Part shown: positions 35,117 to 46,095 of the stretch, in pieces
How positions within the stretch are numbered: the first letter of the stretch is position 1
How the letters are laid out: each line of letters begins with the position of its first letter
DNA from: an uncultured Bacilli bacterium
GTDB lineage: Bacteria; Bacillota_I; Bacilli_A; RF39; UBA660
Assembly (NCBI GenBank): GCA_944358415.1
Contig: CALVRA010000005.1
Span: 6,778 to 70,777 of the forward strand
Reading direction: 5' to 3'
Length of the DNA: 64,000 bases
Translations under genes and position numbers: made by a program
The notes under the pieces: model-generated
Database searches by the model: none
The model's input: the letters and a program-made list of their open reading frames with translations, nothing else
What the model was told of the DNA's origin: nothing

Positions 35117-36874
35117 ATGGTTTTAGAAAAACTTAAGTTAGTACCACACAAACCTGGGTGCTATTTAATGAAAAATAAGGATGGAGTTATCATATATGTT
35201 GGTAAAGCTAAAGATTTAAAAAATAGATTAAACTCTTATTTTCACTCTTCACATACTGGTAAGACAGCTAGGCTTGTTAGTGAAATAGCTGATTTTGATT
35301 ATATAGTTGTTTCTTCTGAGACAGAGTCACTTATTTTAGAGATTAATTTGATTAAAAAGCATGATCCTAAATATAATATTTTACTTAGAGATGATAAGAC
35401 TTATCCTTATATTGAGCTTACTTTAGATAAGGTTCCAAGGTTATTAATAGTGAGAAATGTTCATAGGAAAAAGAAAAAAACAAGATTATTTGGACCTTAT
35501 CCAAATGTATATGCGGCAAGGAAAGTGGTTAATTTACTTAATAGATTATATCCTTTGAGAAAATGCAGGACTTATCAAAAACGGCCTTGTTTGTATTATC
35601 ATATAGGTCAGTGTTTAGGTTATTGTACAAATAATGTTCCTGTAGAAAAAATTGAAGCGATGGAAAAGGATATAGTGAGTTTTTTAAAAGGTAATAATGA
35701 GATAGTTACTGATAAATTAAAGGGGGAAATTAATAAGGAAAGTGAGGCTCTACATTTTGAAAAAGCTTTAGAACTAAAAAATTTACTTGATGATATTAAT
35801 GTTATTTTAGTTAAGCAAAAGATTGAGGTTAATGATAATATTGATAGAGATATATTTGGTTTTTATAGTGATGGCAATTATTTGAGTGTGTTTGTACTTT
35901 TTGTAAGAGGTAGTAAGATTAGTGGTCATCATCATCAGATTATTCCTTTGATTGATGATAATGGTGAGGAGTTAACTAGGTATATTGCAAAGTTTTATGA
36001 TAAGGCTTTGCTTCCAAAAGAAGTTTTAATACCTAGTATTGCTGATAGTAATTTATTATCTGATTATTTAAAAATTAAAGTTAAAATTCCAGAAAAGGGT
36101 GTTAAGAAAAAACTTGTTGATATGGCGTCAGATAATGCCAAAAAACAACTTGAAGATGAGTATGAATTAGTTATTAAAAACGAAGAAAAAACGTTTAAAG
36201 CTAATGAAGAACTTAAAAATGTTCTCGGTTTGGATAAATTAGATAGAATTGAACTTTTTGATAATGCGCATTTGTTTGGAACTTATAATGTTTCTGGGAT
36301 GGTGGTTTTTATTGATGGGACACCAGCTAAAAATGAATATAGGAAATTTAAAATTTCAGTGGATAAAAATGATGATTATGGGACTATGAGAGAGGTTATT
36401 TACAGAAGATATTTTAGGGTGTTAAAAGATAATTTAGTAAGACCTGATTTGATTATAGTCGATGGTGGTATTGGTCAGATGAATGTGGCTAAAGAAGTGT
36501 TAGATAGCTTAGGAATGGATATTAATTTGGTTGGTTTAAAGAAGGATGATAAACATTCAACTAATGCTTTAGTTACTTTTAATGGCGAAATTCCTATTGA
36601 AAAAAGAAGTAATTTATTTCATTATTTGGAAAGAATGCAGGATGAAGTTCATAATTTTACAATTAATTATCATAAACAGATAAGAAGTAAAGGCCTTTAT
36701 GCTTCTATACTGGATGATATTTCTGGTATTGGTAAGGAAAGAAAAAAAGAACTTTTGAAAAAGTATAAGACAGTTGAAAATATGAAAAATCAAAGTATAG
36801 AAGAGCTTTCTACTGTTTTGCCTAGGAATGTGGCAGTAGAGTTAAAAGATGTGTTAGAAAATTTAGAAAAATAA
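35117..36874 (+). CDS. uvrC: Excinuclease ABC subunit C
   Basis: GIY-YIG N-terminus (PGCYLMKN..GVIIYVGKAKDLKNRL), UvrBC-interaction and RNase-H-like endonuclease regions, HhH tail. Confidence 0.95.
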   Translation: MVLEKLKLVPHKPGCYLMKNKDGVIIYVGKAKDLKNRLNSYFHSSHTGKTARLVSEIADFDYIVVSSETESLILEINLIKKHDPKYNILLRDDKTYPYIELTLDKVPRLLIVRNVHRKKKKTRLFGPYPNVYAARKVVNLLNRLYPLRKCRTYQKRPCLYYHIGQCLGYCTNNVPVEKIEAMEKDIVSFLKGNNEIVTDKLKGEINKESEALHFEKALELKNLLDDINVILVKQKIEVNDNIDRDIFGFYSDGNYLSVFVLFVRGSKISGHHHQIIPLIDDNGEELTRYIAKFYDKALLPKEVLIPSIADSNLLSDYLKIKVKIPEKGVKKKLVDMASDNAKKQLEDEYELVIKNEEKTFKANEELKNVLGLDKLDRIELFDNAHLFGTYNVSGMVVFIDGTPAKNEYRKFKISVDKNDDYGTMREVIYRRYFRVLKDNLVRPDLIIVDGGIGQMNVAKEVLDSLGMDINLVGLKKDDKHSTNALVTFNGEIPIEKRSNLFHYLERMQDEVHNFTINYHKQIRSKGLYASILDDISGIGKERKKELLKKYKTVENMKNQSIEELSTVLPRNVAVELKDVLENLEK

Positions 36875-36949
36875 TGTGAAGCTTAATCGACAAAACTTTA
36901 CTTTTTTTTTATATTTTGATATTATTGTATAAGATAAGAGGGTGCGCTT

Positions 36950-37531
36950 ATGAAGAAGTCTTTAATGATAATTGGAATTGTTATTTTAGTTATTATAATT
37001 ATTTTTGCTTTTGCTTGGAGATGGGCGATTGGTTTAAAGGAGGATAAGGCGGAAACTAAAGTAAAAATGGATGAAATATTAGATGCTTATCCAAAATTTA
37101 ATACAGAGGTTGATAATTTTTCGGCACTTAGGAATCAATTATATGAGTATAAGAAAAATTTATTTTTAGAAACTTTAAGAGATAATACAGATGCTTGGAA
37201 TGTTTTTATGGATAATTATTTAAAAGCTATTGAGAAGGTTGAGGATGCAGCTTTGGTACTTAAGGAAAATTGTAAGATTGAGTATGGAGATGTGAATGTC
37301 AGTTCAAAATGTACGACTTTTAAAGCAAATTATGAGGCTGCCCAAAATTATTATATTAGTGATGTTGTTATGTATAATGATATGGTTACAGATTATGAGG
37401 AGTATAATTTAGAACATGGTAATAAGTATAAAAAGTTGAATAAGGCTTTGTTTAGTACTTATGGTGATTATATAGATTATGATGAAGATGGTGAGTTTTT
37501 TGGTAAAGGGGAAGATGTAGATGAAAGATAA
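36950..37531 (+). CDS. Hypothetical membrane-anchored protein
   Basis: One N-terminal TM helix and an acidic C-terminus. Confidence 0.6.
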   Translation: MKKSLMIIGIVILVIIIIFAFAWRWAIGLKEDKAETKVKMDEILDAYPKFNTEVDNFSALRNQLYEYKKNLFLETLRDNTDAWNVFMDNYLKAIEKVEDAALVLKENCKIEYGDVNVSSKCTTFKANYEAAQNYYISDVVMYNDMVTDYEEYNLEHGNKYKKLNKALFSTYGDYIDYDEDGEFFGKGEDVDER

Positions 37532-38798
37532 AATTGAAGTTTTATTTGAAGATGAAGAGGATATTGAATTAAATAAGAAAAATGAAGCTTTGGAAAATGA
37601 AGAAAATTATGATGATTATGTAAAAGATGAATCTTTAGATAATATTTTTCCTGATAAAGATGATGTTAATGTTGATAGATTATTAAACGAATTTAAGGCT
37701 TTTGATGATGAAGTTTTAGATAAAGAAGTAAAAGAAATTGTTAAAGAGGAGCCTAAAAAAAAGAGCAAAAAGATGAAATTATGGCAAATTATTTTAGTTA
37801 TAATTATTTGTTTAATTTTAGTGGTGGGTTCTAGTTTAGCTTTCTTATTATATGGTCCTTATCCAAAGTTTAGAAATTGGTTAATTACAACGGCGATGAC
37901 AACAATGAGTCATCAGTATTTAGCAACTTGGTTTTATGATGAGGAGACAATAAGTGAAGTGATGCAGGATAATTATGTTAAGGAGTCTAATGATGCAACT
38001 GATTTAAATGCAATTAGTTTTGTTGATTATAGTAATTCTAATGTGATGTATAAGAATAAATATGAGAAAGAAATTTTGACTCATGAAAAGGGTGCAAGTT
38101 ATAAACTTATTAATATAGACGGTGATGGTCTTAGAGGTTATTTGGTTGCCATATATGATCCATCTAAAGTAAAAATAGCAACGGCTACTAATATGAATAG
38201 TTCTGGTGAGATGCTTACAAAAATTGCCGAAAAAAATAAGGCTGTTATAGCTATTAATGCGAGTGGGTTTAATGATCCTGGTTATATGGGAAATGGTGGT
38301 AAACCACATGGAGCTGTTATTCAAAATGGTAAACTTGTAAGTAATTTGTCTAGATCTAATGTTGGGGGAGGAATTATTGGTTTTACTAATGACAATAAAT
38401 TAATTATGGGTAAAATGAGTGCGGAGGAAGCTTTAGCTAAAGGTGTTCGTGATGCAGTTGAGTTTGGACCATATTTGATCGTTAATGGAGAACCATCATT
38501 TATTAAAGGTAATGGTGGTTGGGGTACAGCACCTAGGACAGCTATTGGTCAGAGAAAAGATGGAATTGTATTATTTTTAGTTATGGATGGCCGCGATTAT
38601 ATTCATGGTATTGATGGTGTTGGAATGACTGAATTAACAGAAATTTTAATGAATTATGGAGCTTATAATGCATCTAATTTGGATGGTGGTACTTCTTCTG
38701 CTTTAGTAATTAATGGAAAACTTACTAATAAACCGGTTAATGGTAGTGGTAAGAAAACGACAAGGGCTATTCCTAATGCTTGGATAGTGACAGAATAA
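37521..38798 (+). CDS. Phosphodiester glycosidase family protein (DUF2233-type), membrane anchored
   Basis: ...AINASGF...PRTAIGQRKDGIVLFLVMDGR...NLDGGTSSAL... Confidence 0.75.
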   Translation: MKDKIEVLFEDEEDIELNKKNEALENEENYDDYVKDESLDNIFPDKDDVNVDRLLNEFKAFDDEVLDKEVKEIVKEEPKKKSKKMKLWQIILVIIICLILVVGSSLAFLLYGPYPKFRNWLITTAMTTMSHQYLATWFYDEETISEVMQDNYVKESNDATDLNAISFVDYSNSNVMYKNKYEKEILTHEKGASYKLINIDGDGLRGYLVAIYDPSKVKIATATNMNSSGEMLTKIAEKNKAVIAINASGFNDPGYMGNGGKPHGAVIQNGKLVSNLSRSNVGGGIIGFTNDNKLIMGKMSAEEALAKGVRDAVEFGPYLIVNGEPSFIKGNGGWGTAPRTAIGQRKDGIVLFLVMDGRDYIHGIDGVGMTELTEILMNYGAYNASNLDGGTSSALVINGKLTNKPVNGSGKKTTRAIPNAWIVTE

Positions 38799-38896
38799 TT
38801 TATTTTAATAGACATATATTTACATTAGGTAATTGTTCTGTTTATTTGGATGTGTTTATTATTTGATATAATAAGCATAGATAAGGGGGAAGCCTT

Positions 38897-39946
38897 ATGG
38901 CTAGGAAAAGGAAAAAAAGTAAAAGAAAAGTATGGTTTGGTTTATTAATTGTTTTAATTTTAAGTGGAATTGGTGTTTATTATTATTTGAATAAAGAGGA
39001 AGTTCAGGATTTTGTTTCTAAGAAAGTTCCTATAGAGAAAAAGTTAAAAATTGTCGATGAGGATTCTAAGTCACGACCAATTGCGGTGATGATTAATAAT
39101 AATCATGTAGCATGGCCTCATATTGGACTTCAGGATGCTTATATTACTTATGAGATATTAGCTGAGGGTGGCATTACTAGATTGATGGCTATATTTAAAG
39201 ATAAGGATACAGCTAAGATTGGATCAGTTAGAAGTGCGAGGCCTTATTATTTAGATTATGCTTTGGAAAATGATGCTATTTATGTGCATTATGGTTGGAG
39301 TGATCAAGCTAAAAAGGATATTAGTGCACTTGGAGTGGATAATATTAATGGTCTTACAGCTTCTTCTGTTTTTTGGAGAGATAAATCCTTAAATAAGGCA
39401 ACTGAACACACGGTATTTACTAGTATGGAAAAAATAAAAGAGTACGCACATAGTAAAGGTTATGATAGAGATACTAATAAAGATTTACTTTTAAATTATA
39501 GTGTTGATGAAGTTGATTTAAGTAAGAGAGAAGATGCGGTAAAAGCCGATACTGTTTTTATGAAGTATTCATATTATACTACTAGTAGTTATGAGTACGA
39601 TAGTGAAAATAAAGTTTATAAGAGGTTTATGTCTGATGAGCCACATGCTGATGAAAGTGGTAAGCAATATACTTATAAAAATATTATTATTACACCAATT
39701 GAAACTCATAGCTATGATTCTTATGGAAGATTAGAACTTGAGAATATTGGAACAGGCGAAGGATATTATATAACTGATGGTTATGCTATTCCAATTGTTT
39801 GGTCTAAAGATAGCAGGAGCAGTCAGACAGTTTATAAAAATTTAGATGGAGAAGAGATAAAAGTTAATGATGGAAATACTTTTATTCAAATAACTCCACC
39901 TTCTGAAAGTGTGGAAATTAAAGGAAATACTTCAGAAAATGAATGA
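38897..39946 (+). CDS. DUF3048-domain protein (YerB-like lipoprotein or anchored protein)
   Basis: ...RPIAVMINNNHVAWPHIGLQDAYITYEILAEGGITRLMAIF... Confidence 0.75.
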   Translation: MARKRKKSKRKVWFGLLIVLILSGIGVYYYLNKEEVQDFVSKKVPIEKKLKIVDEDSKSRPIAVMINNNHVAWPHIGLQDAYITYEILAEGGITRLMAIFKDKDTAKIGSVRSARPYYLDYALENDAIYVHYGWSDQAKKDISALGVDNINGLTASSVFWRDKSLNKATEHTVFTSMEKIKEYAHSKGYDRDTNKDLLLNYSVDEVDLSKREDAVKADTVFMKYSYYTTSSYEYDSENKVYKRFMSDEPHADESGKQYTYKNIIITPIETHSYDSYGRLELENIGTGEGYYITDGYAIPIVWSKDSRSSQTVYKNLDGEEIKVNDGNTFIQITPPSESVEIKGNTSENE

Positions 39947-40013
39947 AAATGACCAATTTGTAATTTGTTTATAAATGTGGTATACTGAATGAGTAACTTT
40001 GAGGTGAAATATA

Positions 40014-40520
40014 ATGAGTAGTCATAAAAAAGACTTGCAATATATGAGTATAGTTAATAATATTTTAGATAATAAAGAATTTTTGAAAATAAAAAAAATA
40101 GAACATCATGGGATAAGCAGATATGATCATTCTTTGAAAGTATCTTATTATTCTTATAAGATTGCAAAGTTTTTGCATTTAGATTATGAGCAAACAGCAG
40201 TTGGTGGTTTACTTCATGATTTCTTTTTAAGTCCAGAAGATAGAACACAAAGCGATCGTTTAAAGTCAGTGTTTACACATCCTAAACAAGCGGTTTCTAT
40301 GGCTAAAAATTATTTTAATTTAACAACTAAAGAGGAAGACATGATTAGGTCACATATGTTTCCAATTAATTTATCTATTCCAAAGTATGCGGAAAGTTGG
40401 ATTGTTAGTATGGTGGATAAATGTGTGGCTACAAATGAGCTTGCTTTAAAATTTCGATTTAAACTTAAGTATGCTTATAATTTATTTTTGCTATTTACTA
40501 TTAGTATTATGAAAATTTAG
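40014..40520 (+). CDS. HD-domain phosphohydrolase
   Basis: ...HHGISRYDHSLKVS...GGLLHDFF... Confidence 0.75.
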   Translation: MSSHKKDLQYMSIVNNILDNKEFLKIKKIEHHGISRYDHSLKVSYYSYKIAKFLHLDYEQTAVGGLLHDFFLSPEDRTQSDRLKSVFTHPKQAVSMAKNYFNLTTKEEDMIRSHMFPINLSIPKYAESWIVSMVDKCVATNELALKFRFKLKYAYNLFLLFTISIMKI

Positions 40521-40560
40521 GCTTTATTAAAGGCCTTTTTTTTGTTATAATTATTATGTT

Positions 40561-40637
40561 GTCCTTGTAGCTCAGCAGGATAGAGCAACCGCCTCCTAAG
40601 CGGTAGGTCGGCAGTTCGAATCTGCCCAAGGACGCCA
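40561..40637 (+). tRNA. tRNA-Arg (anticodon CCT)
   Basis: GTCCTTG acceptor, anticodon loop CTCCTAA, TTCGAAT T-loop, encoded CCA. Hairpin terminators lie on both sides. Confidence 0.95.
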
Positions 40638-40705
40638 TATATATAAATTACTGATTTAAATATTATATTAAATCAGTTTTTTCTTAATGTGAAAGGATCA
40701 GAACG

Positions 40706-41311
40706 ATGGAAAAATTTTATACTACCCAAGGTGCATTAAATGAAAATTTGGAAGAGGAAACAATTAGTTATCGGTGTTTTATAGGTGTACAGGGAAATAT
40801 TTGTTTAAAAGATGTGACTTTTGAAAATTGTGTTTTTAAAAATGTTGATTTTGATAATATTTGTTTTGAGGGTGTTGATTTTATAAATGTTATTTTTGAA
40901 AATTGTGATTTATCAAATAAAAATTTTAATGAAAGATTGATAAAGAAAGTTATATTTAAAAATTCTAAGTTAGCAGGTGTTTATTTTATAGATTGTTTTA
41001 TTAAAGATTCTGTATTTGATGGTGTAAGTGCGAGATATATTAATATGTCTTCGGCTAAGATAAATAATTTAAAATTAGTTGATAGTGATTTTTCAGAAGG
41101 TAGTTTTATTGAATTGAAAGTGAAAAATTTAGAGTTAAATAATGTTAATTTTAGTAACTCGGAAATAATTAATTCTGATTTAAAAGGAGTAGATTTTTCT
41201 TCTTGTAATATTGAGTTTGTAAAATTTGATTTAAAAAGTGTTTATGGAATTATTATTGATAGGTTTCAAAGTGTAGAACTTGTTAATTTGCTAGGTGTAA
41301 TTGTTAAATAG
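40706..41311 (+). CDS. Pentapeptide-repeat protein
   Basis: Runs of A(D/N)LxF-like pentapeptides (...FENCVFKNVDFDNICFEGVDFINVIFENCDLSNKNF...). Confidence 0.8.
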   Translation: MEKFYTTQGALNENLEEETISYRCFIGVQGNICLKDVTFENCVFKNVDFDNICFEGVDFINVIFENCDLSNKNFNERLIKKVIFKNSKLAGVYFIDCFIKDSVFDGVSARYINMSSAKINNLKLVDSDFSEGSFIELKVKNLELNNVNFSNSEIINSDLKGVDFSSCNIEFVKFDLKSVYGIIIDRFQSVELVNLLGVIVK

Positions 41312-41460
41312 GTTGATATTAAAAAGTTTAATTTAAAATGTAAAATGTATGAAAAAAAATAAGAAAAAGTTAAGGTTATGTGTTATAATTTTAATATAAA
41401 GTATAAAATTGACAAGAATATGGATATATTATATGATATGTTTCAAAGTGGGGGATTTTT

Positions 41461-44139
41461 ATGAATTTGGAAAATAAGCAAATTGAATTAAAGGAGATGC
41501 AGGAAGAGCTTTTAAGATTAAATAAAAGAGCTCTTAATGAACCTGATAATTTAAATCTGTCACGTAAAATTGCAAGTTTAAGTAATGATATTACAAAGCT
41601 TTCTTCAGAGATTGAAATTTTAAAACAAATGAATGATTTAGAAAGGAAATATATTAATAAAGAGGATATACCACTTCATTTTATTGATAATGATAGACAA
41701 AATGATGATATTTTATTATCATCTAATGATGTAAATTATGAAAAAGCATATTTACAGCAAAAGAGATTGTTAGAACTTAAGTATAGTTATATTAATCATC
41801 TTCCTTTTAATTATGATGGAAATGTGGTGCCTTTTGATAATGAAATGTATGAAAATATTTATAATCAGCTTAAGGATGAGGCTTTGTCTTTAAATTATGT
41901 CAATGATGTAAGAAAAGGTGTACATTTCAATGATGAAAAATTGAATAAGAGTTTTAATGGATACGTTGGTAAGCATTTTAAATTAAAAGAAGGTGCGAAT
42001 AATTATGAAGGTAATCATTTTAGTAAACCTGAAGGCGCACATTTTAGTAATGAGAAACTGATTAAAAATTCAAATGAATATGTTGGTAAGCATTTTAAAA
42101 ATAACACTATAAAAGAAGAAAATGAGTTAGAAAAAGTTGATTTTCCTTATGTGGAATTTATAAAAGATGGATATGGGTATATTGTTGGTAATTTTACAAG
42201 TGAATATTTGAATCAAAATTATAAAGCTTTAAATCTTAACATTTTAAATCAAGGTATCAAAAAAATAAGACTTATTAATAATTTATCTAGTAAACCTAAA
42301 AGTGTAGATGGGTTAGATGGAGTTACTGTAAGAGTTTTGAGAAATGGTAATATTGAGGTCTTAGGTGATGTTGAACATTTAGAAAATCATAATTTTAGCA
42401 TTGAAAAAGTTAAAGATGATTTTATTTCAATTAATTTGGATACATCTACATTAGAGGGAATTTATAATAAGATAAAAAATGATAGTGTGATACAAAATAA
42501 GAGTTTATTAAATAAGTATTTAGATGATTATTTGAAAAAATCAGATGAAAAAAATACTATTGATGAGAAAGCTAGAGAAAAGCTATATGTTATGATGACT
42601 AATAAATGGATTCATAATATGGCTAGTTTAGATATTAGTAAACTTAATGTATCTACAGATAAAAGTATAAATGATTATGAGATAATTAAAAATTTTTGTT
42701 TATCTGTTAATGATGTTCATAATTTAGACGAAATTTTTAGTTTATATGAAAAATTGAATGATAGATTATTATCAAAGAACAAAGATTTTTATAAGAAGTT
42801 AATTGAAGAAAATGATAAGTATGGTTATAAAGCTGATGCTTTATATAGATATTTTTGTATAAGTAATATTCGTTTAACATCTAATAAAATAGCTGCTTTG
42901 GATAGAAAAGATGCGTCTAATATTTATATTGATAAAAATAATTTTGGAGTTTATAGTGCGAATTTTGATAGTAAAGATTATTTACTTAATGTTCGAAGTA
43001 ATGAGGAAGGGCTTGCTGATTTTATTGAAAGTTATATTAGCGAGTGTGAAAAGCACAATATTAATTATAATATAACAGTAGATGTTAGGAATTTTAATAT
43101 TACGTTTCATGTTTCTAAAGAGAATTTGGTTAAAAATATTAATATACTTAATAAATTGGCTACTAAAAATAAGAGCCTTGTAAGTGGTGTTGGTAATATT
43201 AATAATTATGTGGAATTAAGTTCTTCTGGAATAATTAAAAGGGATGATATTTTAAAAATGGCTGCAACGTCTTTATTAGATAATTATATGAAAGGTGGCC
43301 AGTTTGCTTCTAAGGAAGATGCTTTAGCTGATATGAAGAAAAATGATTCTAATTATTTAGATAAGTATTTGGATGAAATTAGAAATGTTTGTGATAGAAA
43401 TAGGGTTGATTTTGATACTTTATGTTTTCAAAGGGGCACTTTGGAGGAATTTTTGAAGTTGGACTCTAAGGCTCAAAGGATTAATGGTATAGATAGTAAA
43501 GATGATAGTGGACTTGATATTGTGCCGGAGGATTATTTAAATAATATTAAGAATAGTATAGTTATTCCACCTAAAAAGGTTACTGTTGAAGAAAAGCCAG
43601 TTAAACGTAAAGTGACTCGTAAGAAGAGTACTACTTTAAAGGAAAAATGGAAAAATCTTAGTACTAAGAAGAAAGCTTTGATAATAGCTGGTATTATTGC
43701 AACAGTGGGAATTGGTGTGTTTGTGGCTGGTCCACATATAATAGCTGGAATTAGTGCTATTTTGAACTCTGGTGCTACTCAAGCGGATACAGTTAATCAA
43801 ACAGTTAATTTAATTGGTGATACTGTGACTAGTGCTGGTCCAAATTTGGATTATTCTAGTATTAGTGAAGGTCATACAGTATTTAGTAATGCTTATGATG
43901 CGGTCAATAATGTAAATGGTTTAACTTCTAATGAATGGTTTAATAGTAACCCTATAGATGTGTTTAATACTGCAACTAATAGTTATATGGGATTGACACC
44001 AGAACAACTTAATGATCCAACATTTATGGCGGAGCTTGCAAAAGATCCTAATAATTCTTTGTTACTTGGTAATAGTATATCTGATCCGTCAGGATTTGTG
44101 GGGCTTGATGAAGTTGTCAAAGGTGGAATGTCTAGATAG
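41461..44139 (+). CDS. Large (892 aa) protein of unknown function: coiled-coil N-terminus, GxHF repeats, one TM helix near the C-terminus
   Basis: Long clean ORF with RBS GGGGGA. A 39-aa tandem repeat carries five GxHF motifs (41917-42099). TM segment ALIIAGIIATVGIGVFVAGPHIIAGI. Confidence 0.7.
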   Translation: MNLENKQIELKEMQEELLRLNKRALNEPDNLNLSRKIASLSNDITKLSSEIEILKQMNDLERKYINKEDIPLHFIDNDRQNDDILLSSNDVNYEKAYLQQKRLLELKYSYINHLPFNYDGNVVPFDNEMYENIYNQLKDEALSLNYVNDVRKGVHFNDEKLNKSFNGYVGKHFKLKEGANNYEGNHFSKPEGAHFSNEKLIKNSNEYVGKHFKNNTIKEENELEKVDFPYVEFIKDGYGYIVGNFTSEYLNQNYKALNLNILNQGIKKIRLINNLSSKPKSVDGLDGVTVRVLRNGNIEVLGDVEHLENHNFSIEKVKDDFISINLDTSTLEGIYNKIKNDSVIQNKSLLNKYLDDYLKKSDEKNTIDEKAREKLYVMMTNKWIHNMASLDISKLNVSTDKSINDYEIIKNFCLSVNDVHNLDEIFSLYEKLNDRLLSKNKDFYKKLIEENDKYGYKADALYRYFCISNIRLTSNKIAALDRKDASNIYIDKNNFGVYSANFDSKDYLLNVRSNEEGLADFIESYISECEKHNINYNITVDVRNFNITFHVSKENLVKNINILNKLATKNKSLVSGVGNINNYVELSSSGIIKRDDILKMAATSLLDNYMKGGQFASKEDALADMKKNDSNYLDKYLDEIRNVCDRNRVDFDTLCFQRGTLEEFLKLDSKAQRINGIDSKDDSGLDIVPEDYLNNIKNSIVIPPKKVTVEEKPVKRKVTRKKSTTLKEKWKNLSTKKKALIIAGIIATVGIGVFVAGPHIIAGISAILNSGATQADTVNQTVNLIGDTVTSAGPNLDYSSISEGHTVFSNAYDAVNNVNGLTSNEWFNSNPIDVFNTATNSYMGLTPEQLNDPTFMAELAKDPNNSLLLGNSISDPSGFVGLDEVVKGGMSR

Positions 44140-44148
44140 GAGAAAATT

Positions 44149-44448
44149 ATGGAAAATGGTTTATATACTATAGTTGAATTTGATATTCATGATAAGTGGT
44201 TTGTGATTGCAGAAAAGATTATCAATAATATTAGATATAGTTATTTAATTAGAGTGAATGATAAAGAGGATGATTTTATCGATGAGTATCAAGTTGTTAA
44301 AAGTAGTTATGATGGTGCAGATGAGTATATGGAAATTGTAAATGGTGATGAGCTTAAAGGAATAATGCCTATGTTGGTGCCTGAGGCTAGTGAATTAATC
44401 AATCATCCAGAAAAGTTAAAAAAGTTACTAGAATTAAATAATAGATAG
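44149..44448 (+). CDS. Small acidic hypothetical protein, probably translationally coupled to the 892-aa gene
   Basis: Starts 9 nt after the previous stop, with RBS AGGAGAA. Confidence 0.6.
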   Translation: MENGLYTIVEFDIHDKWFVIAEKIINNIRYSYLIRVNDKEDDFIDEYQVVKSSYDGADEYMEIVNGDELKGIMPMLVPEASELINHPEKLKKLLELNNR

Positions 44449-44496
44449 AAGAAGGAAAACTTCTTTTTTCTTTCAAAATGGGTAGGAGGAAAATTT

Positions 44497-45177
44497 ATGA
44501 TTAGAACGAAAAAACAAGGTTTGTTAATTGTGCTTTCTGGACCTAGTGGAAGTGGAAAAAATACTATTTGTGATGAGGTGAAAAAAGAAAACTCAAATAT
44601 TTGGGAATCTATTTCAATGACAAGTAGAAAACCTAGGAAAGGCGAAGAAGATGGTGTTAATTATTATTTTGTGACTAAGGAACAGTTTGAAAAAAACATA
44701 GATGATGGGAGTATGCTTGAGTATGCTCAGTTTGCAGGGAATTATTATGGTACTCCTAGAAAAAGTGTGCAGGAACATTTAGATAAAGGTGAGGATGTTA
44801 TTTTAGTCATTGAAATTCAGGGGGCTTTACAAATTAAAAAGAAATTACCTCAAGCTTTATTTGTTTTTTTACTCCCTCCTAGTATGCGAGAGCTAAAAAA
44901 AAGACTTACTGATAGAGGAACAGAGTCAGAAGAGAAAATTATGGAGAGATTTGAGACGGCTTATAGGGAGATTAATGAACTTTCTAAGTATAATTATGTC
45001 ATTATAAATGATAAGATTGAAAATGCTGCATCTAAGTTATCGGCTATTATTCAAGCTGAAAGATGTAGAGTTGATAGGATTGAAGAGGTATTTTTGGATA
45101 CTTTAGAAGAAAAGATTCATGAGACTTTAGTTGATAAAAATTTAGAAAATAAAAGTTTAGATGTGAATAAAATTTAA
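44497..45177 (+). CDS. gmk: Guanylate kinase
   Basis: GLLIVLSGPSGSGKNT...YYFV.KEQF...LEYAQFAGNYYGTP... Confidence 0.9.
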   Translation: MIRTKKQGLLIVLSGPSGSGKNTICDEVKKENSNIWESISMTSRKPRKGEEDGVNYYFVTKEQFEKNIDDGSMLEYAQFAGNYYGTPRKSVQEHLDKGEDVILVIEIQGALQIKKKLPQALFVFLLPPSMRELKKRLTDRGTESEEKIMERFETAYREINELSKYNYVIINDKIENAASKLSAIIQAERCRVDRIEEVFLDTLEEKIHETLVDKNLENKSLDVNKI

Positions 45178-45187
45178 TGGTGATGAA

Positions 45188-46078
45188 ATGAGAATATTTG
45201 TTGATGATTTTTTACAAGTGAGATATGTTAATTTGTATAATTCAAAAGTTTCTGATGATATAAAATGTTTAGTTATTGGTGATGTTCACATTAGTGATAA
45301 TGTAAGTTTTAAAAAAATAGCATTATTAAAGAGACAAATTGAGAAAGAAAATCCGGATTATATTTTATTTGTTGGTGATTTGATAGATAGAATAGAAAAT
45401 CTTAATAGTTCATTTTCTTTATCTAAGATGAAGGATTTACTTTCTTATGCGTCAATGATAGGTAAAGTTTTTGTTATTTTGGGTAATCATGATTTTATTT
45501 ATAGAGGTACAGATAAAATTAATAAGAAAGCATTTTGTGAAGTTTTAAAAAGTATTAAGAATGTTACACTTTTAGATAATGAAGTATATTCTAGTGATAA
45601 AATATGGATTATGGGTTATACAGAAAATGTTCAATATTATAATAAAGAAAATTATGATTTTAATTTTTTTTATGAGGATTTGAAAAAAAGAAACAAGTTA
45701 TATGAGAATGTTAATCAAGAAGTGCCATCTATTGCTTTAGTTCATTCTCCAGAGTTTAGTGATGATGATAAATGTATTAGTTTATTTAAAGAATATGATT
45801 TGATTTTAAGTGGTCATACTCATGATGGGTGTGTGCCATTTGGAATTGGAAATTTTAAAAGAGGAATTATTAGTCCTAAGAAAACTTTTTTCCCAAAAAA
45901 TGTTAGAGGTCTTAGAAAGGTGGGAAGTAATTATATTTTAATTACTGGTGGTGTAGTAAAAATTCAAGAGTGTGCACCTAAATTATTATGGCCTTTTAAT
46001 CATTTGTGTCCTGTGCAAGTGGATGTGGTTACTTTTAGTAATAAAAAAGGTGTTGATGTTAGAAAAAAATGGTATTAA
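45188..46078 (+). CDS. Metallophosphoesterase
   Basis: ...VIGDVHISD...VGDLIDR...LGNHD...SGHTHDG... Confidence 0.8.
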   Translation: MRIFVDDFLQVRYVNLYNSKVSDDIKCLVIGDVHISDNVSFKKIALLKRQIEKENPDYILFVGDLIDRIENLNSSFSLSKMKDLLSYASMIGKVFVILGNHDFIYRGTDKINKKAFCEVLKSIKNVTLLDNEVYSSDKIWIMGYTENVQYYNKENYDFNFFYEDLKKRNKLYENVNQEVPSIALVHSPEFSDDDKCISLFKEYDLILSGHTHDGCVPFGIGNFKRGIISPKKTFFPKNVRGLRKVGSNYILITGGVVKIQECAPKLLWPFNHLCPVQVDVVTFSNKKGVDVRKKWY

Positions 46079-46095
46079 AAATATGTAGGTATTAA

